Assembly (NCBI GenBank): GCA_945876185.1
Contig: CAMCMZ010000010.1
Span: forward strand, 4,614-68,613
Source of the DNA: Candidatus Kuenenia stuttgartensis
GTDB taxonomy: Bacteria > Planctomycetota > UBA11346
Direction of reading: 5' to 3'
DNA: 64,000 bases
The notes beneath the pieces are model-generated. The model saw nothing but the letters and a program-made list of their open reading frames with translations, was not told the DNA's origin and made no database searches. Shown piece by piece: positions 11,222 through 19,909 of this stretch. The stretch's first letter is position 1. Every line of letters starts with the position of its first letter. A program made the position numbers and the translations under genes.

Positions 11222-13924
11222 TCAGCCGACTTCCAGCCAATTGCGTCCGATGCGCGCCTCGGCCGTCAGCGGCACGGACAGCGTCCACGCCCCGGCCATC
11301 GCGGTGGTCAGCCCGGCGGCGGCGGCATCGGCCACGGCCTCAGGCGCTTCGATCAACAGTTCGTCATGGATCTGCAGTAGCGGCCGGCAGCCGGCGGGCA
11401 GGTGGGCGGCGAGGCGCAGCATCGCCTGTTTGATGAGGTCGGACGCCGAACCCTGGATGGTCGAGTTGAGCGCCACGCGCTCGGCGGCCAGGACCTCGTT
11501 GCGGTTGGTCGAGGCCAGGCCGGGCACGTAACGCCGCCGGCCGCCCATGGTCACCACGTAGCCACGCCCCTTGGCGTCGGCGAGCAGTTGCCGCTTCCAC
11601 ATCAGCACGGTGGCGAAGCGGTTGAAGTAGTCGTCGATGAAGCGCTGGGCGTCGCCCCGGCTGATGCCGAGTTGCCCCGCCAGACCGAAGGCGGTCTGGC
11701 CGTAGATGATGCCGAAGTTGATCGCCTTGGCGGCGTTGCGTTGCGCCGGCGAGACCGCGTCCTCGGCGACGCCGTTGGCCTGGGCGGCGACGAAGCGGTG
11801 GATGTCGCGTCCGGCGCGGAAGGCCTCGATCAGGGTCGGATCCTGGCTCAGATGCGCGAGGATGCGCAGCTCGATCTGGGAATAGTCGGCAGCGATCAGC
11901 AGCGTGCCCGGCCGGGCGATGAAGGCGCTGCGCATCTCGCGGCCGAGGTCGCGCCGCTTGGGGATCGCTTGCAGATTCGGCCCGTCAGAGGCGATGCGCC
12001 CGGTTTCGGTGCCGGTCTGCTTGAGGTTGGTGTGGATGGCCTGGGTCAGCGGGTTGATGTAGTCGGGTAGGCGGACGAGGTAGGCGCTGATAAGCTTGGA
12101 CAACTGGCGGTGCTGCAAGAGCAGATCCGGCAGTTCGTGGTGGTGCCGCAGCGCGGCCAGGGTTTCGGCGTCGGTCGACGGGCCGGTCTTGTTCTTGCTG
12201 ATGACGGGCAGTTTGAGCTTGGTGAACAGCACCTCGGCCACTTGTTTCGGGCTGGCCGGGTTGAAGTCGGCGCCGGCGTGCTTGCGGATCTCGGCGGTGA
12301 CCTGAGTCAGGTAGTCTTCCAGGTGACGCTGGATGGTGGCGAGCGCGCTGCGGTCGACCGCCATGCCGGCGTGCTCCATGCGGCCGATTAGTACCGCGAT
12401 CGGGACTTCCTGGTCACGGTAGACGGCCAACAGGCCCTGCTCGGCGAGCTGGGCTTCCAACAATTGCGCCAGACGCCAGCACACCTGAGCGTCCTCGCAG
12501 GCGTAGCGCGCGACGGTGGCGATCTCGACCTCGGCCATGGTCTGGCCGCCGGCGAGATCGATGACCTGGCTGGTGGCTATTTTTTCCTCATGTAGCAGCG
12601 ACTGGGCAAGGAAGTCGATGCCGTGCGATTCGCGCGCCGGGTCGATCAGCCACGAGGCGAGCATGGTGTCGCCGTCGTAACCGGCGACCTCAAGGCCGTG
12701 CTGGAACAGCACGCGCCAATCGTACTTCAGGTTCTGCCCGACTTTTTTCACCGTCGCATCCGTCAGCACCGGGCCAAGGACCTCGCGGATGGCGGCGAGC
12801 GGCACCAGCTCGTGGCCGAGCCCGCGCACGGGGAGGTAGACCGCGCCGTGTCCGTCGGCCTCGCCCCAGGCCAGGCTGAGGCCGACCAAGTCCGCGCTGA
12901 GCGGATCCAGGCCGGTGGTCTCAGTGTCGAGCGCGAAGCGCCCGGCCGCGCGCAGGCGTTCGGCCAGCTCGGGCAGGTCGGCGGTCGCGAGGACGCGGTA
13001 GCTGCCGGATTCCAGGGCCTTTGCGCTGGCTGGCACGGCGCTGGTCACCGGCAGCGGAGCAGTGGCAGTCGCCGCAGTGGCCGGCGGCTGGAAGCGGCTG
13101 CGGTCGAAGCCGAATCTCGCGTAGACGTCGAGATCGATCGGCACCTCGCGCTTGACCTGGAATTGGTCGAGCGGCGGCAGGTCGGGCACGGTGACCAGAG
13201 TGATCAGCTTGCGCGTGAATTCCGCCTTGGGGATGAAGGCACGTACGTTTTCTTGCAATTTTCCTTTGAGATCATCGACGTGGGCGAGCACGGATTCCAT
13301 CGTGCCGTACTGCGCCAGCAGCTTGGCTGCGGTCTTCGGCCCGACGCCGTAGATGCCGGGCACATTATCCGAGGTGTCCCCGATCATGCTTAGGTAGTCG
13401 ACGACCTGATCCGGGCGGATGCCTTTTTCGGCCAACAGCTGTTCCGGCCCGCGCAGCAGATCCTTGGTGGTATCCCAGGTGCGGATGCGCTCGGACAGGA
13501 CCTGATCGACATCCTTGTCCTTAGTCAGCAGGCGCACATCCAGGCCGGCGGCGGCGGCGGTCTGCGCCAGGGTCGCGACCGCATCGTCGGCCTCGAAGCC
13601 GGGCACGGCCAGCACCGGTACGCCGCTGGCCTTCAGCAGTTCCTCGACATCGGGCAGCTGCACCCGCAGATCCTCGGGCATCGGATCGCGGTGCGCCTTG
13701 TAGTCAGCAAACAGCGTATGGCGGAAGCTCGGTTCGCGGTGGTCGAAGACGCAGACCCAATGGGTGAACACTGGATCGTGGCGCAGCTGGCGCGCCAGCT
13801 TGGCGAAGGCGAAGGTGACCCCGGTCGGCCGTCCACCCGGGCCGTTGAGGCCGGGCATGCCGAAGAAGAAGCGATAAGCGCAGTAATGACCATCGATGAT
13901 GGCGATGGCGGCCGGTGTCGGCAT
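11222..13924 (-). CDS. polA: DNA polymerase I (5'-3' exonuclease, 3'-5' exonuclease and polymerase domains)
   Basis: 900-aa ORF. The N-terminus is 5'-nuclease-like (IAIIDGHYCAYRFFF). Polymerase motif A is DYSQIELRILAH, motif B is RNAAKAINFGIIYG and motif C is LQIHDELLIE. Confidence 0.95.
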   Translation of the reverse strand: MPTPAAIAIIDGHYCAYRFFFGMPGLNGPGGRPTGVTFAFAKLARQLRHDPVFTHWVCVFDHREPSFRHTLFADYKAHRDPMPEDLRVQLPDVEELLKASGVPVLAVPGFEADDAVATLAQTAAAAGLDVRLLTKDKDVDQVLSERIRTWDTTKDLLRGPEQLLAEKGIRPDQVVDYLSMIGDTSDNVPGIYGVGPKTAAKLLAQYGTMESVLAHVDDLKGKLQENVRAFIPKAEFTRKLITLVTVPDLPPLDQFQVKREVPIDLDVYARFGFDRSRFQPPATAATATAPLPVTSAVPASAKALESGSYRVLATADLPELAERLRAAGRFALDTETTGLDPLSADLVGLSLAWGEADGHGAVYLPVRGLGHELVPLAAIREVLGPVLTDATVKKVGQNLKYDWRVLFQHGLEVAGYDGDTMLASWLIDPARESHGIDFLAQSLLHEEKIATSQVIDLAGGQTMAEVEIATVARYACEDAQVCWRLAQLLEAQLAEQGLLAVYRDQEVPIAVLIGRMEHAGMAVDRSALATIQRHLEDYLTQVTAEIRKHAGADFNPASPKQVAEVLFTKLKLPVISKNKTGPSTDAETLAALRHHHELPDLLLQHRQLSKLISAYLVRLPDYINPLTQAIHTNLKQTGTETGRIASDGPNLQAIPKRRDLGREMRSAFIARPGTLLIAADYSQIELRILAHLSQDPTLIEAFRAGRDIHRFVAAQANGVAEDAVSPAQRNAAKAINFGIIYGQTAFGLAGQLGISRGDAQRFIDDYFNRFATVLMWKRQLLADAKGRGYVVTMGGRRRYVPGLASTNRNEVLAAERVALNSTIQGSASDLIKQAMLRLAAHLPAGCRPLLQIHDELLIEAPEAVADAAAAGLTTAMAGAWTLSVPLTAEARIGRNWLEVG

Positions 13925-14447
13925 GGACAGGGGGTGTCTCTACGGAATTCCGCCGGATAGAGGGCGGTGCGTGATCGGTTCGGGGTTGGTTTCCGCCGCA
14001 GGGCCGGTCCCTGCACGCGGTCAGTTCAGCAGCACGGGCGGTTGGACCGAAGCCCGTGCTCGGCGGAACTCATAGGTTTCGGTCCCGAGTCTGTCAATTG
14101 CGAGTTCTCGGATCAAGGCCGCACCGGCACCGGGGTTTGGCCGAGCCGGCCCAGGATTCCTGCCGGTCGTCTGATCAATAAATCTGCAAATTCACTATGA
14201 GAGCAGGTGAAATAGCGAGTCTGGCAAGGCGCCGTCGTCTGCCATGAAATCACCATGACGGTGATCGATCGCAGATCGTGTGCCGCATTCCGCTGTTGGC
14301 GCACTCCGATTCTTCGGGGTCCACCTGGGTGAACACATGGCGAATTTCGGGTTGATGGAACGTGAGGACGCTTCGCCCGGGCGCGCGGTAAAATGGATCC
14401 GCTGATCTGCCCTTGGCAGGTTCCATAGCCGTGGGGTATGCTGGTCC

Positions 14448-16466
14448 ATGGAAGAGCAGCGCCTGCTGCAGATGGCCCAGATCAAGGGCTGGATCTCGCC
14501 CGAACAGCTCGCGCGGGCCCAGGCCGAGCAACAGGCTCTGGCCGACCGTGGCGTCGAGCACAGCCTGTGGTTCCTGGTCCAGGACCTGGGCTTCGTCACC
14601 GACGATCAGGCGCGCGAACTGCGCAAGCACACCTCGTCGACGCGCATCCGCGCGCTGGAGGTCGACGGCTACATCATCCAGCGCCGGTTGGGCAGTGGCG
14701 GCATGGGTGATGTCTTCCGCGCCCGGCATCGCGATGGCCGGCAGGCCGCGGTGAAGCTGCTGTCGGCGCGCTTCGCCCACCACGAGGAGCACCGCCGCCG
14801 CTTCGCACGCGAAGCGCGGGCGATGCTCGGCCTGCACCATGAGCACATCGTCGAGGCGTACGCCACCGGCGAGATCGATGGCACGCCCTGGCTCGCGATG
14901 GAGATAGTCGAAGGCCCGTCGCTGAAGCAGTGGCTGATCGATCACGGTCCGCTGCCGCGCGACCTCGTCCTGGTCATGCTGCGCCAGATCGCCTCCGCGC
15001 TCGCGCTCGCGGCCCATGACAGCGTCCTGCACCGCGACGTGAAGCCGGCGAACATCATCCTTGGTCAGGCGCGCATCGGGAGGGACGAACCTTTCGCGGC
15101 CAAACTGTGCGACTTCGGCCTCGCCAAGGTAGGTCAGCGGCTTGGCGAGGACACCCCGGGCCAGCTCACCGGCAGCGGCCTGGCGCTCGGCACCCCGCAC
15201 TACATGAGCCCGGAACAGGCCTCGGGTGATCACGACCTCGATCAGCGCTGCGACATCTACGGCCTCGCCGCCACCGCCTACCACGCGTTGCTCGGGCAGA
15301 CCATGCACAGCGGCAAGAGTTCGGCCGTGATCATGTACAAGCAGGTCACCGAAGGCGCCGACCTGGGGCTGCTCCGGCGCGCCGGCATCGATGAACCGCT
15401 GGTCGTGATTCTCGGCGGGATGCTGGAGATCGATCGCGCCCGGCGCACCGGCTCCTGGGAGAAGGTACTGGACGCGTTCAACCGGCTGGATCCACGGCCT
15501 GGCACCCCCGTGGCCTGGCCGGAGGAACATTTGCCCCTCACCCTGAAGTCCGACCGCTTCGCCATCCCCACCGCACGCCCGGTCTCGGTGCCAGCCGAAC
15601 CGGCTCCGGCGCCATTCACCAATTCCATCCCGCACGCGGCCCCCGTGCTGACGGATCCATCAGCGGTGGAGGCGAAAACCTCAGCCGCAGCCTTGCTCGC
15701 GCCGTTCACGGATGCTGCGGTGGCACGCTCCCGGGCGCGCCCAGGTCTGCTTTGGGCGGTGTTGCTCGCGCTCGCGGCCAGCGTGCTCATCGTCGCGATC
15801 GGGATGCTGGTCTTGGCCGTGCGTCGGCCTGCCGTGGCGGCGACGCCGCAGACGCTGACGGCCATCCTCAACGAGCCTCGACGGGATGCGGTTGTCCTGC
15901 TCGCGCCGGGCCGCTACCCCGGGCCGGTGCGACTCGGCGTCGCCCAGAGTGGGGTGATGCTGCGCGCCACCGGACCAGGGGTGTACATCGACGGTGGCGC
16001 GCAGCCGGCGCTGCGCTGCGAACCCGGTTTGGTCCGGGCGGTGGTCGACGGGGTCGAACTGGCCAGCACCGGCAGCGCGGTCGAGGTCCTCGCCGGCTCC
16101 GGTCTCGCGCTGAACCGGGTGGTGGTGCGCGGCGGCGATCCCGCCATCGAGGTGTCGGGTGGAACCGTGGATCTGTCCGGGGTGCGGGTCATTGCCACCG
16201 GCACCGCCGTGCGCTGCAATCTGGCGGAACGAGTCAGCCTGATCGATGTCGATCTCAACGGATCCGTCGGCCTGGCCATCGACCACAGCGACCGGATCTC
16301 CCTCGATCGCGTTTCCATCCACGCCACCAGAACAGGAATCTCCTGGGATGGCCCCCGCCCGACGACGGCATGGAGCGACCTGTCCGTGCGCGCGCCGCAA
16401 CCGGTCCTTGGGCTGAGTGTCATCGCCACCGACGGCAGCGGTCCGCGACCGGGTTCGCTGCCCTGA
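14448..16466 (+). CDS. Ser/Thr protein kinase with a GspE/MshE-N-like N-terminal helical module, one TM and a C-terminal right-handed beta-helix (PbH1-like) domain
   Basis: Kinase motifs GSGGMGDVFRA, HRDVKPANIIL, DFGLAK, GTPHYMSPEQ. TM segment LLWAVLLALAASVLIVAIGMLVLAV. The C-terminus has repetitive beta-helix-like segments (VVRGGDPAIEVSGGTVDLSGVRVIATGTAVRCN...). Confidence 0.85.
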   Translation: MEEQRLLQMAQIKGWISPEQLARAQAEQQALADRGVEHSLWFLVQDLGFVTDDQARELRKHTSSTRIRALEVDGYIIQRRLGSGGMGDVFRARHRDGRQAAVKLLSARFAHHEEHRRRFAREARAMLGLHHEHIVEAYATGEIDGTPWLAMEIVEGPSLKQWLIDHGPLPRDLVLVMLRQIASALALAAHDSVLHRDVKPANIILGQARIGRDEPFAAKLCDFGLAKVGQRLGEDTPGQLTGSGLALGTPHYMSPEQASGDHDLDQRCDIYGLAATAYHALLGQTMHSGKSSAVIMYKQVTEGADLGLLRRAGIDEPLVVILGGMLEIDRARRTGSWEKVLDAFNRLDPRPGTPVAWPEEHLPLTLKSDRFAIPTARPVSVPAEPAPAPFTNSIPHAAPVLTDPSAVEAKTSAAALLAPFTDAAVARSRARPGLLWAVLLALAASVLIVAIGMLVLAVRRPAVAATPQTLTAILNEPRRDAVVLLAPGRYPGPVRLGVAQSGVMLRATGPGVYIDGGAQPALRCEPGLVRAVVDGVELASTGSAVEVLAGSGLALNRVVVRGGDPAIEVSGGTVDLSGVRVIATGTAVRCNLAERVSLIDVDLNGSVGLAIDHSDRISLDRVSIHATRTGISWDGPRPTTAWSDLSVRAPQPVLGLSVIATDGSGPRPGSLP

Positions 16467-16469
16467 TCT

Positions 16470-16572
16470 AAAAATCGCAATTGCACCCCATCTGCGGCGT
16501 TGGTCGTCAGTCATGTGGCGCTGCCACACTCCTTCCTCCCGCCTTGCATCTGGGGCGCACTTGCGATTTTTT
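16470..16572 (+). repeat. 103-bp MITE-like element with ~26-bp terminal inverted repeats, an A-tract/U-tract hairpin (copy 1)
   Basis: Sequence is AAAAATCGCAATTGCACCCCATCTGC...GCATCTGGGGCGCACTTGCGATTTTTT. It is near-identical to the reverse complement of 35391-35492. It starts 3 nt after the TGA stop of the kinase gene (16464-16466). Confidence 0.8.
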
Positions 16573-16731
16573 CAGAATTTCTTCCAGTGAAGACGCTGCG
16601 AAAACGGTCGTGTTGCCAGCGTTCAAGGCAGTGAAGACCAATATGAGCACATCGCCCAGTCGGTGACGGCGCGAAATTCACCAGCCTGTATGCCAGCACC
16701 TGCATGCAAAAAAGCGAATTTTTTGGTGATG

Positions 16732-17433
16732 TCAGCCCAGATCGAAGACCAGGATCTCGCTGCCGGCGGTGGTGGCAGTGCAGGTGAATGCGGATTCGCC
16801 GCTCACCGCCACGCCGTCTCCGGCCAACAGCTGAAGCCCTCCTGCCGTGACCGCGCCGCGCGAAACCTGGATCCAGGCGTGGCGATCCTTGGTCAGGACA
16901 TGAGTGATCGCCTGGTCCTGGCCCAGCGTCGCAGCGAATACGGTGGCGTCGCTGTGGATGGCGAGCCCACCGGCCTGGCCGGCGCGACTGGCGATCGGGC
17001 ATAGCTGATCGTTGCGATCGGCTGCGGGGATGTGGCGCTGTTCCCAGCGCGGTGTGATCCCGGTGGTCAGGGGCAGAAGCCAGATCTGGAGCAGGTGCAG
17101 CGGCGTGGATTCGGATGGGTTCCATTCGCTGTGTCGAATTCCGCGTCCGGCAGACATGACCTGGGAATCGCCGGGACGCAGCACCGCGCCGCTGCCCAGG
17201 CTGTCGCGGTGTTCCAGCTCGCCCGCCAGGACCCAGGTCAGGATCTCCATGTCGCGGTGGCCATGGGTGCCGAAGCCCTGGCCCGCGGCGATGCGGTCCT
17301 CGTTGATCACCCGCAGGCTGCGGAAGCCATCGTGGGCGGGATCGTGGTAGTCCGCGAAGGAAAACGTGTGGAAGGTGTCGAGCCAGCCGTGGTTGGCATG
17401 GCCGCGATCGGCGGCGGGACGGTGGGTGAACAT
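16732..17433 (-). CDS. Pirin-family protein (cupin)
   Basis: Pirin-like metal-binding motifs: GFGTHGHRDMEILTWVLAGELEHRDSLG. I chose the ATG at 17433 (MFTHRPAADRG...). The longer ORF to 17577 would overlap the neighbouring kinase gene. Confidence 0.85.
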   Translation of the reverse strand: MFTHRPAADRGHANHGWLDTFHTFSFADYHDPAHDGFRSLRVINEDRIAAGQGFGTHGHRDMEILTWVLAGELEHRDSLGSGAVLRPGDSQVMSAGRGIRHSEWNPSESTPLHLLQIWLLPLTTGITPRWEQRHIPAADRNDQLCPIASRAGQAGGLAIHSDATVFAATLGQDQAITHVLTKDRHAWIQVSRGAVTAGGLQLLAGDGVAVSGESAFTCTATTAGSEILVFDLG

Positions 17434-17497
17434 GCGGCGCAGGTTACTGGTCCGGCCCAAAGTGGCCAGGGACCGAAGCGGATCTTTCGACGGGCCA

Positions 17498-18376
17498 TCA
17501 GGCCGGTACCAGCACCCGCACCGTGCCGCCGTGCGCAATCGTCCAGGTGCCGGCTGCCACCAGGAATGGTTCCCCATCGACCTGCATCGGCATCGGCCGG
17601 GCGAGCGTGAAGCGGAAGGATTCCCCTGGCGGCAGCGCCCGCGCCGAGCTCATCCCGGCGATCACCAGGCCAAAGCCCGGTGGACCAGGCAGAGCGAACG
17701 GGTCGCAGCGCCGGTCGTCATCGCGGATCGATGGCGCAAGTCGGCAACCCGAGGCGTAGCTCGCGATATTGGCCCAGACCAGGCAGCGCGTGCCGGGCGG
17801 CGGCGGCGGGTCGACGACCTGCTCCAGCAGTTCTCCGGTCGACAGCAGGCCGGCCAGGGTGTAGGCGGCCTTGTTCACCAGACCGCCCGCAAGCAATCGG
17901 GGCCAGGCGGAGCGCCAGGCGTGGAACCGGCCCGCCACGGCGGCGTCGTAGCCGAGGCCAAGGTAGGCGTACCAGTCACGGGTGAGCCCAGGTCCGGAAA
18001 TGGTCCAGCGATCGCAGGAGCGGATCGATGCGGATGCGAGGTGGAGCAGCCGGCTTTCAAGTCGGAGTTGAATATTCCAGCCCAGGTGCCGGGCTAAGTC
18101 GTTACCGGTGCCCAGGGGCAGGATGCCCACGGCCGGCGGCAGGCGCGCGTCGGCCCGCCAGGCAGCAGATAGGCAGGCGCTGACCGTGCCGTCACCGCCA
18201 CAGGCCACCAGCCGAGCGCCAGCGTCGCGGCAACCCCGGGCAATGACCTCCAGATCGTCGCCCGGCAGCAGATGCACGGCGTCGGGACAGAGCGTGGAGA
18301 GTTCCCGGGCCAGGCGGGTGCCAGTGCGTCCACCACTTGCCGGATTGATCACGAAGCGCAGCGCGGGCATCGGCAC
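17498..18376 (-). CDS. Diacylglycerol/lipid kinase family protein (YegS/BmrU-like)
   Basis: DAGK catalytic-domain motifs: FVINPASGG, VACGGDGTV, LPLGTGNDLARHLGW. Confidence 0.8.
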   Translation of the reverse strand: MPMPALRFVINPASGGRTGTRLARELSTLCPDAVHLLPGDDLEVIARGCRDAGARLVACGGDGTVSACLSAAWRADARLPPAVGILPLGTGNDLARHLGWNIQLRLESRLLHLASASIRSCDRWTISGPGLTRDWYAYLGLGYDAAVAGRFHAWRSAWPRLLAGGLVNKAAYTLAGLLSTGELLEQVVDPPPPPGTRCLVWANIASYASGCRLAPSIRDDDRRCDPFALPGPPGFGLVIAGMSSARALPPGESFRFTLARPMPMQVDGEPFLVAAGTWTIAHGGTVRVLVPA

Positions 18377-18573
18377 AGGATCGCGTGCGTGCGTGCATCC
18401 TCAAGTCCGCAGGAGGTTTGCCGCGCATTCGTTCAGACTGGATCCGCGTCTGATGCCTCCGGTTCGCCTTGACGCTCCTGCCCGGTGCGGCTATGAGTTT
18501 CGTGGTGTAGACTGGCGGACACCGGTCGCACCTCCTTAGCCCTGACACGACCCTTGCACGAAGGAACCCGCGG

Positions 18574-19467
18574 GTGGAATCAGAGATCGAGCGCCTGCGC
18601 AAGAAAGTCGAGAATTTCCCCTCGGCTTCGAGCTATAACCGGCTCGCCGAGCTGTCTCGCCTGGCGGGCGATGACGGCGACGCCGAGCGGGTGTGCCGTA
18701 AGTGCATCAAGGAATTTCCCCGCAACGGTCAGGCCTACGTCATCCTCGCGGAGATCCGCCTGGCCCAAAACAAGAAACCGGATGCGGTGCAACTGCTGCA
18801 GATCGCGATCGAGCGCGATCCCCGTTCGTACACCGCGCACCGCCTGATGGCGGATCTTCTCATCGCTGATGGCGCGAAGGATCAGGCCCTGGCCCACCTG
18901 CGTCAGATCGTCACCTTCAAACCGAACGATCCGGCGGTCAGCGCGCGGATCGTGGAACTGGAAGGCAAGCCGGGCAAACCGGCGGACACCGCTCCCACCG
19001 TGGTGGGTGGCGCACCCGTGGCGCGGCGCGCCATCCCTACTGCGGGGGCGACTCCGGCCACCCCGGCCCAGGCGGTCGCCAGCACCCAACCGTCAGCCCT
19101 GCCGGCGCGCCCGCTGCCGGCGACCCGTGTCTCAGCCCTTGACGCCCTCTGCGCCGAATCCGGCGTCAGCGGCGCCTTGGTGGCCGATGGCAGCGGACGG
19201 ACCGTGGTCGCGCGCAAGCTGCCGGCCGCGCAAGAGGAACTCCTTGCGGCGCTCGCCAGCGAAGTGGTCCGCAATGGCGCCGCGGCCCTGAGCACGGTCG
19301 GCCAGGACCGGCTGTCCACCCTCACCGTGGTCGGGGCCCAGGGCCAGATGATGGCGTTCAGCCGCGATCAGCGCCTGACCGTGATCGTGCTCGCCTCCAC
19401 CCAGGTCCGCCCGGCGATGCTCGAGTTGAGGGCACGCCAGGTTCTCATCGATCTTGGAGCCGGGTGA
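18574..19467 (+). CDS. TPR repeat protein fused to a C-terminal Roadblock/LC7 domain
   Basis: GTG start with an upstream AAGGA. The N-terminal ~135 aa are TPR-like (GQAYVILAEIRLAQNKKPDAVQLLQIAIERDPRSYTAHRLMADLL). A Pro/Ala-rich linker follows. The C-terminal ~110 aa are Roadblock-like (GVSGALVADGSGRTVVARKL...LSTLTVVGAQGQMMAFSRDQRLTVIVLAS). Confidence 0.75.
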   Translation: MESEIERLRKKVENFPSASSYNRLAELSRLAGDDGDAERVCRKCIKEFPRNGQAYVILAEIRLAQNKKPDAVQLLQIAIERDPRSYTAHRLMADLLIADGAKDQALAHLRQIVTFKPNDPAVSARIVELEGKPGKPADTAPTVVGGAPVARRAIPTAGATPATPAQAVASTQPSALPARPLPATRVSALDALCAESGVSGALVADGSGRTVVARKLPAAQEELLAALASEVVRNGAAALSTVGQDRLSTLTVVGAQGQMMAFSRDQRLTVIVLASTQVRPAMLELRARQVLIDLGAG

Positions 19468-19814
19468 TGGACGAACTCCTGCAGCAGCTCAACCACGTGC
19501 GCGGCATCGGCGGCTCGATGCTGTTATCAGCCGAGGGTCTGCCCATTGCCGCAGCCTTGCGCGAAGGCACCGACGAGAACGCCCTCGCCGCCGCCGCTGG
19601 CGTCCTCATGGAGTCCGCAGCGCGCCTGGGTCGGCATCTCAGCCTGGGCGGGATCGGTTCGCTCTCGACCGCCGGCGATCAGGGCGCCCTGCTGATCCTC
19701 GCGGCCGGCAAATCCTGGCTCGCGGTGATCATCGACCCCTCGGCCAACCTCGCCCTGCTCCAGCTTGAGGCGCGTCCCTTCGTCGAACGCATCAGCCAGC
19801 GCCTGACCCTGTAA
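19464..19814 (+). CDS. Roadblock/LC7 domain protein (MglC-like paralog)
   Basis: Roadblock pattern: VRGIGGSMLLSAEGLPIAAAL...AAAAGVLMESAARLG...LLILAAGKSWLAVIIDPSANLAL. The start overlaps the stop of the upstream gene (GTGATG at 19464-19469). Confidence 0.8.
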   Translation: MMDELLQQLNHVRGIGGSMLLSAEGLPIAAALREGTDENALAAAAGVLMESAARLGRHLSLGGIGSLSTAGDQGALLILAAGKSWLAVIIDPSANLALLQLEARPFVERISQRLTL

Positions 19815-19857
19815 GGTCCGGCCGCCGGCAGGTGCGGCTTCTTTTCGCCATCCTCCT

Positions 19858-19886
19858 TTCGTCAACATCATTCGATACCATACGAT
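19858..19886 (+). promoter_or_regulatory. Possible sigma-70-type promoter upstream of mglA (TTCGTC-17 nt-TACGAT)
   Basis: TTCGTC at 19858-19863, a 17-nt spacer, then TACGAT at 19881-19886. GGAGA lies ~12 nt before the ATG at 19910. This rests on a pattern match only. Confidence 0.25.
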
Positions 19887-19909
19887 ACCAAGAGCGGAGA
19901 ACGTGAACC

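Noticed and set aside
14413-14428. Sigma-54-like promoter TGGCAG-N5-ATAGC.
   Set aside because: The -12 element deviates from TTGC. The site is only ~20 nt from the ATG at 14448, which leaves an implausibly short leader.
14250-15635. 461-aa ORF on the minus strand.
   Set aside because: It is antisense to the Ser/Thr kinase gene, whose Hanks motifs are unambiguous. Its composition is that of a shadow ORF.
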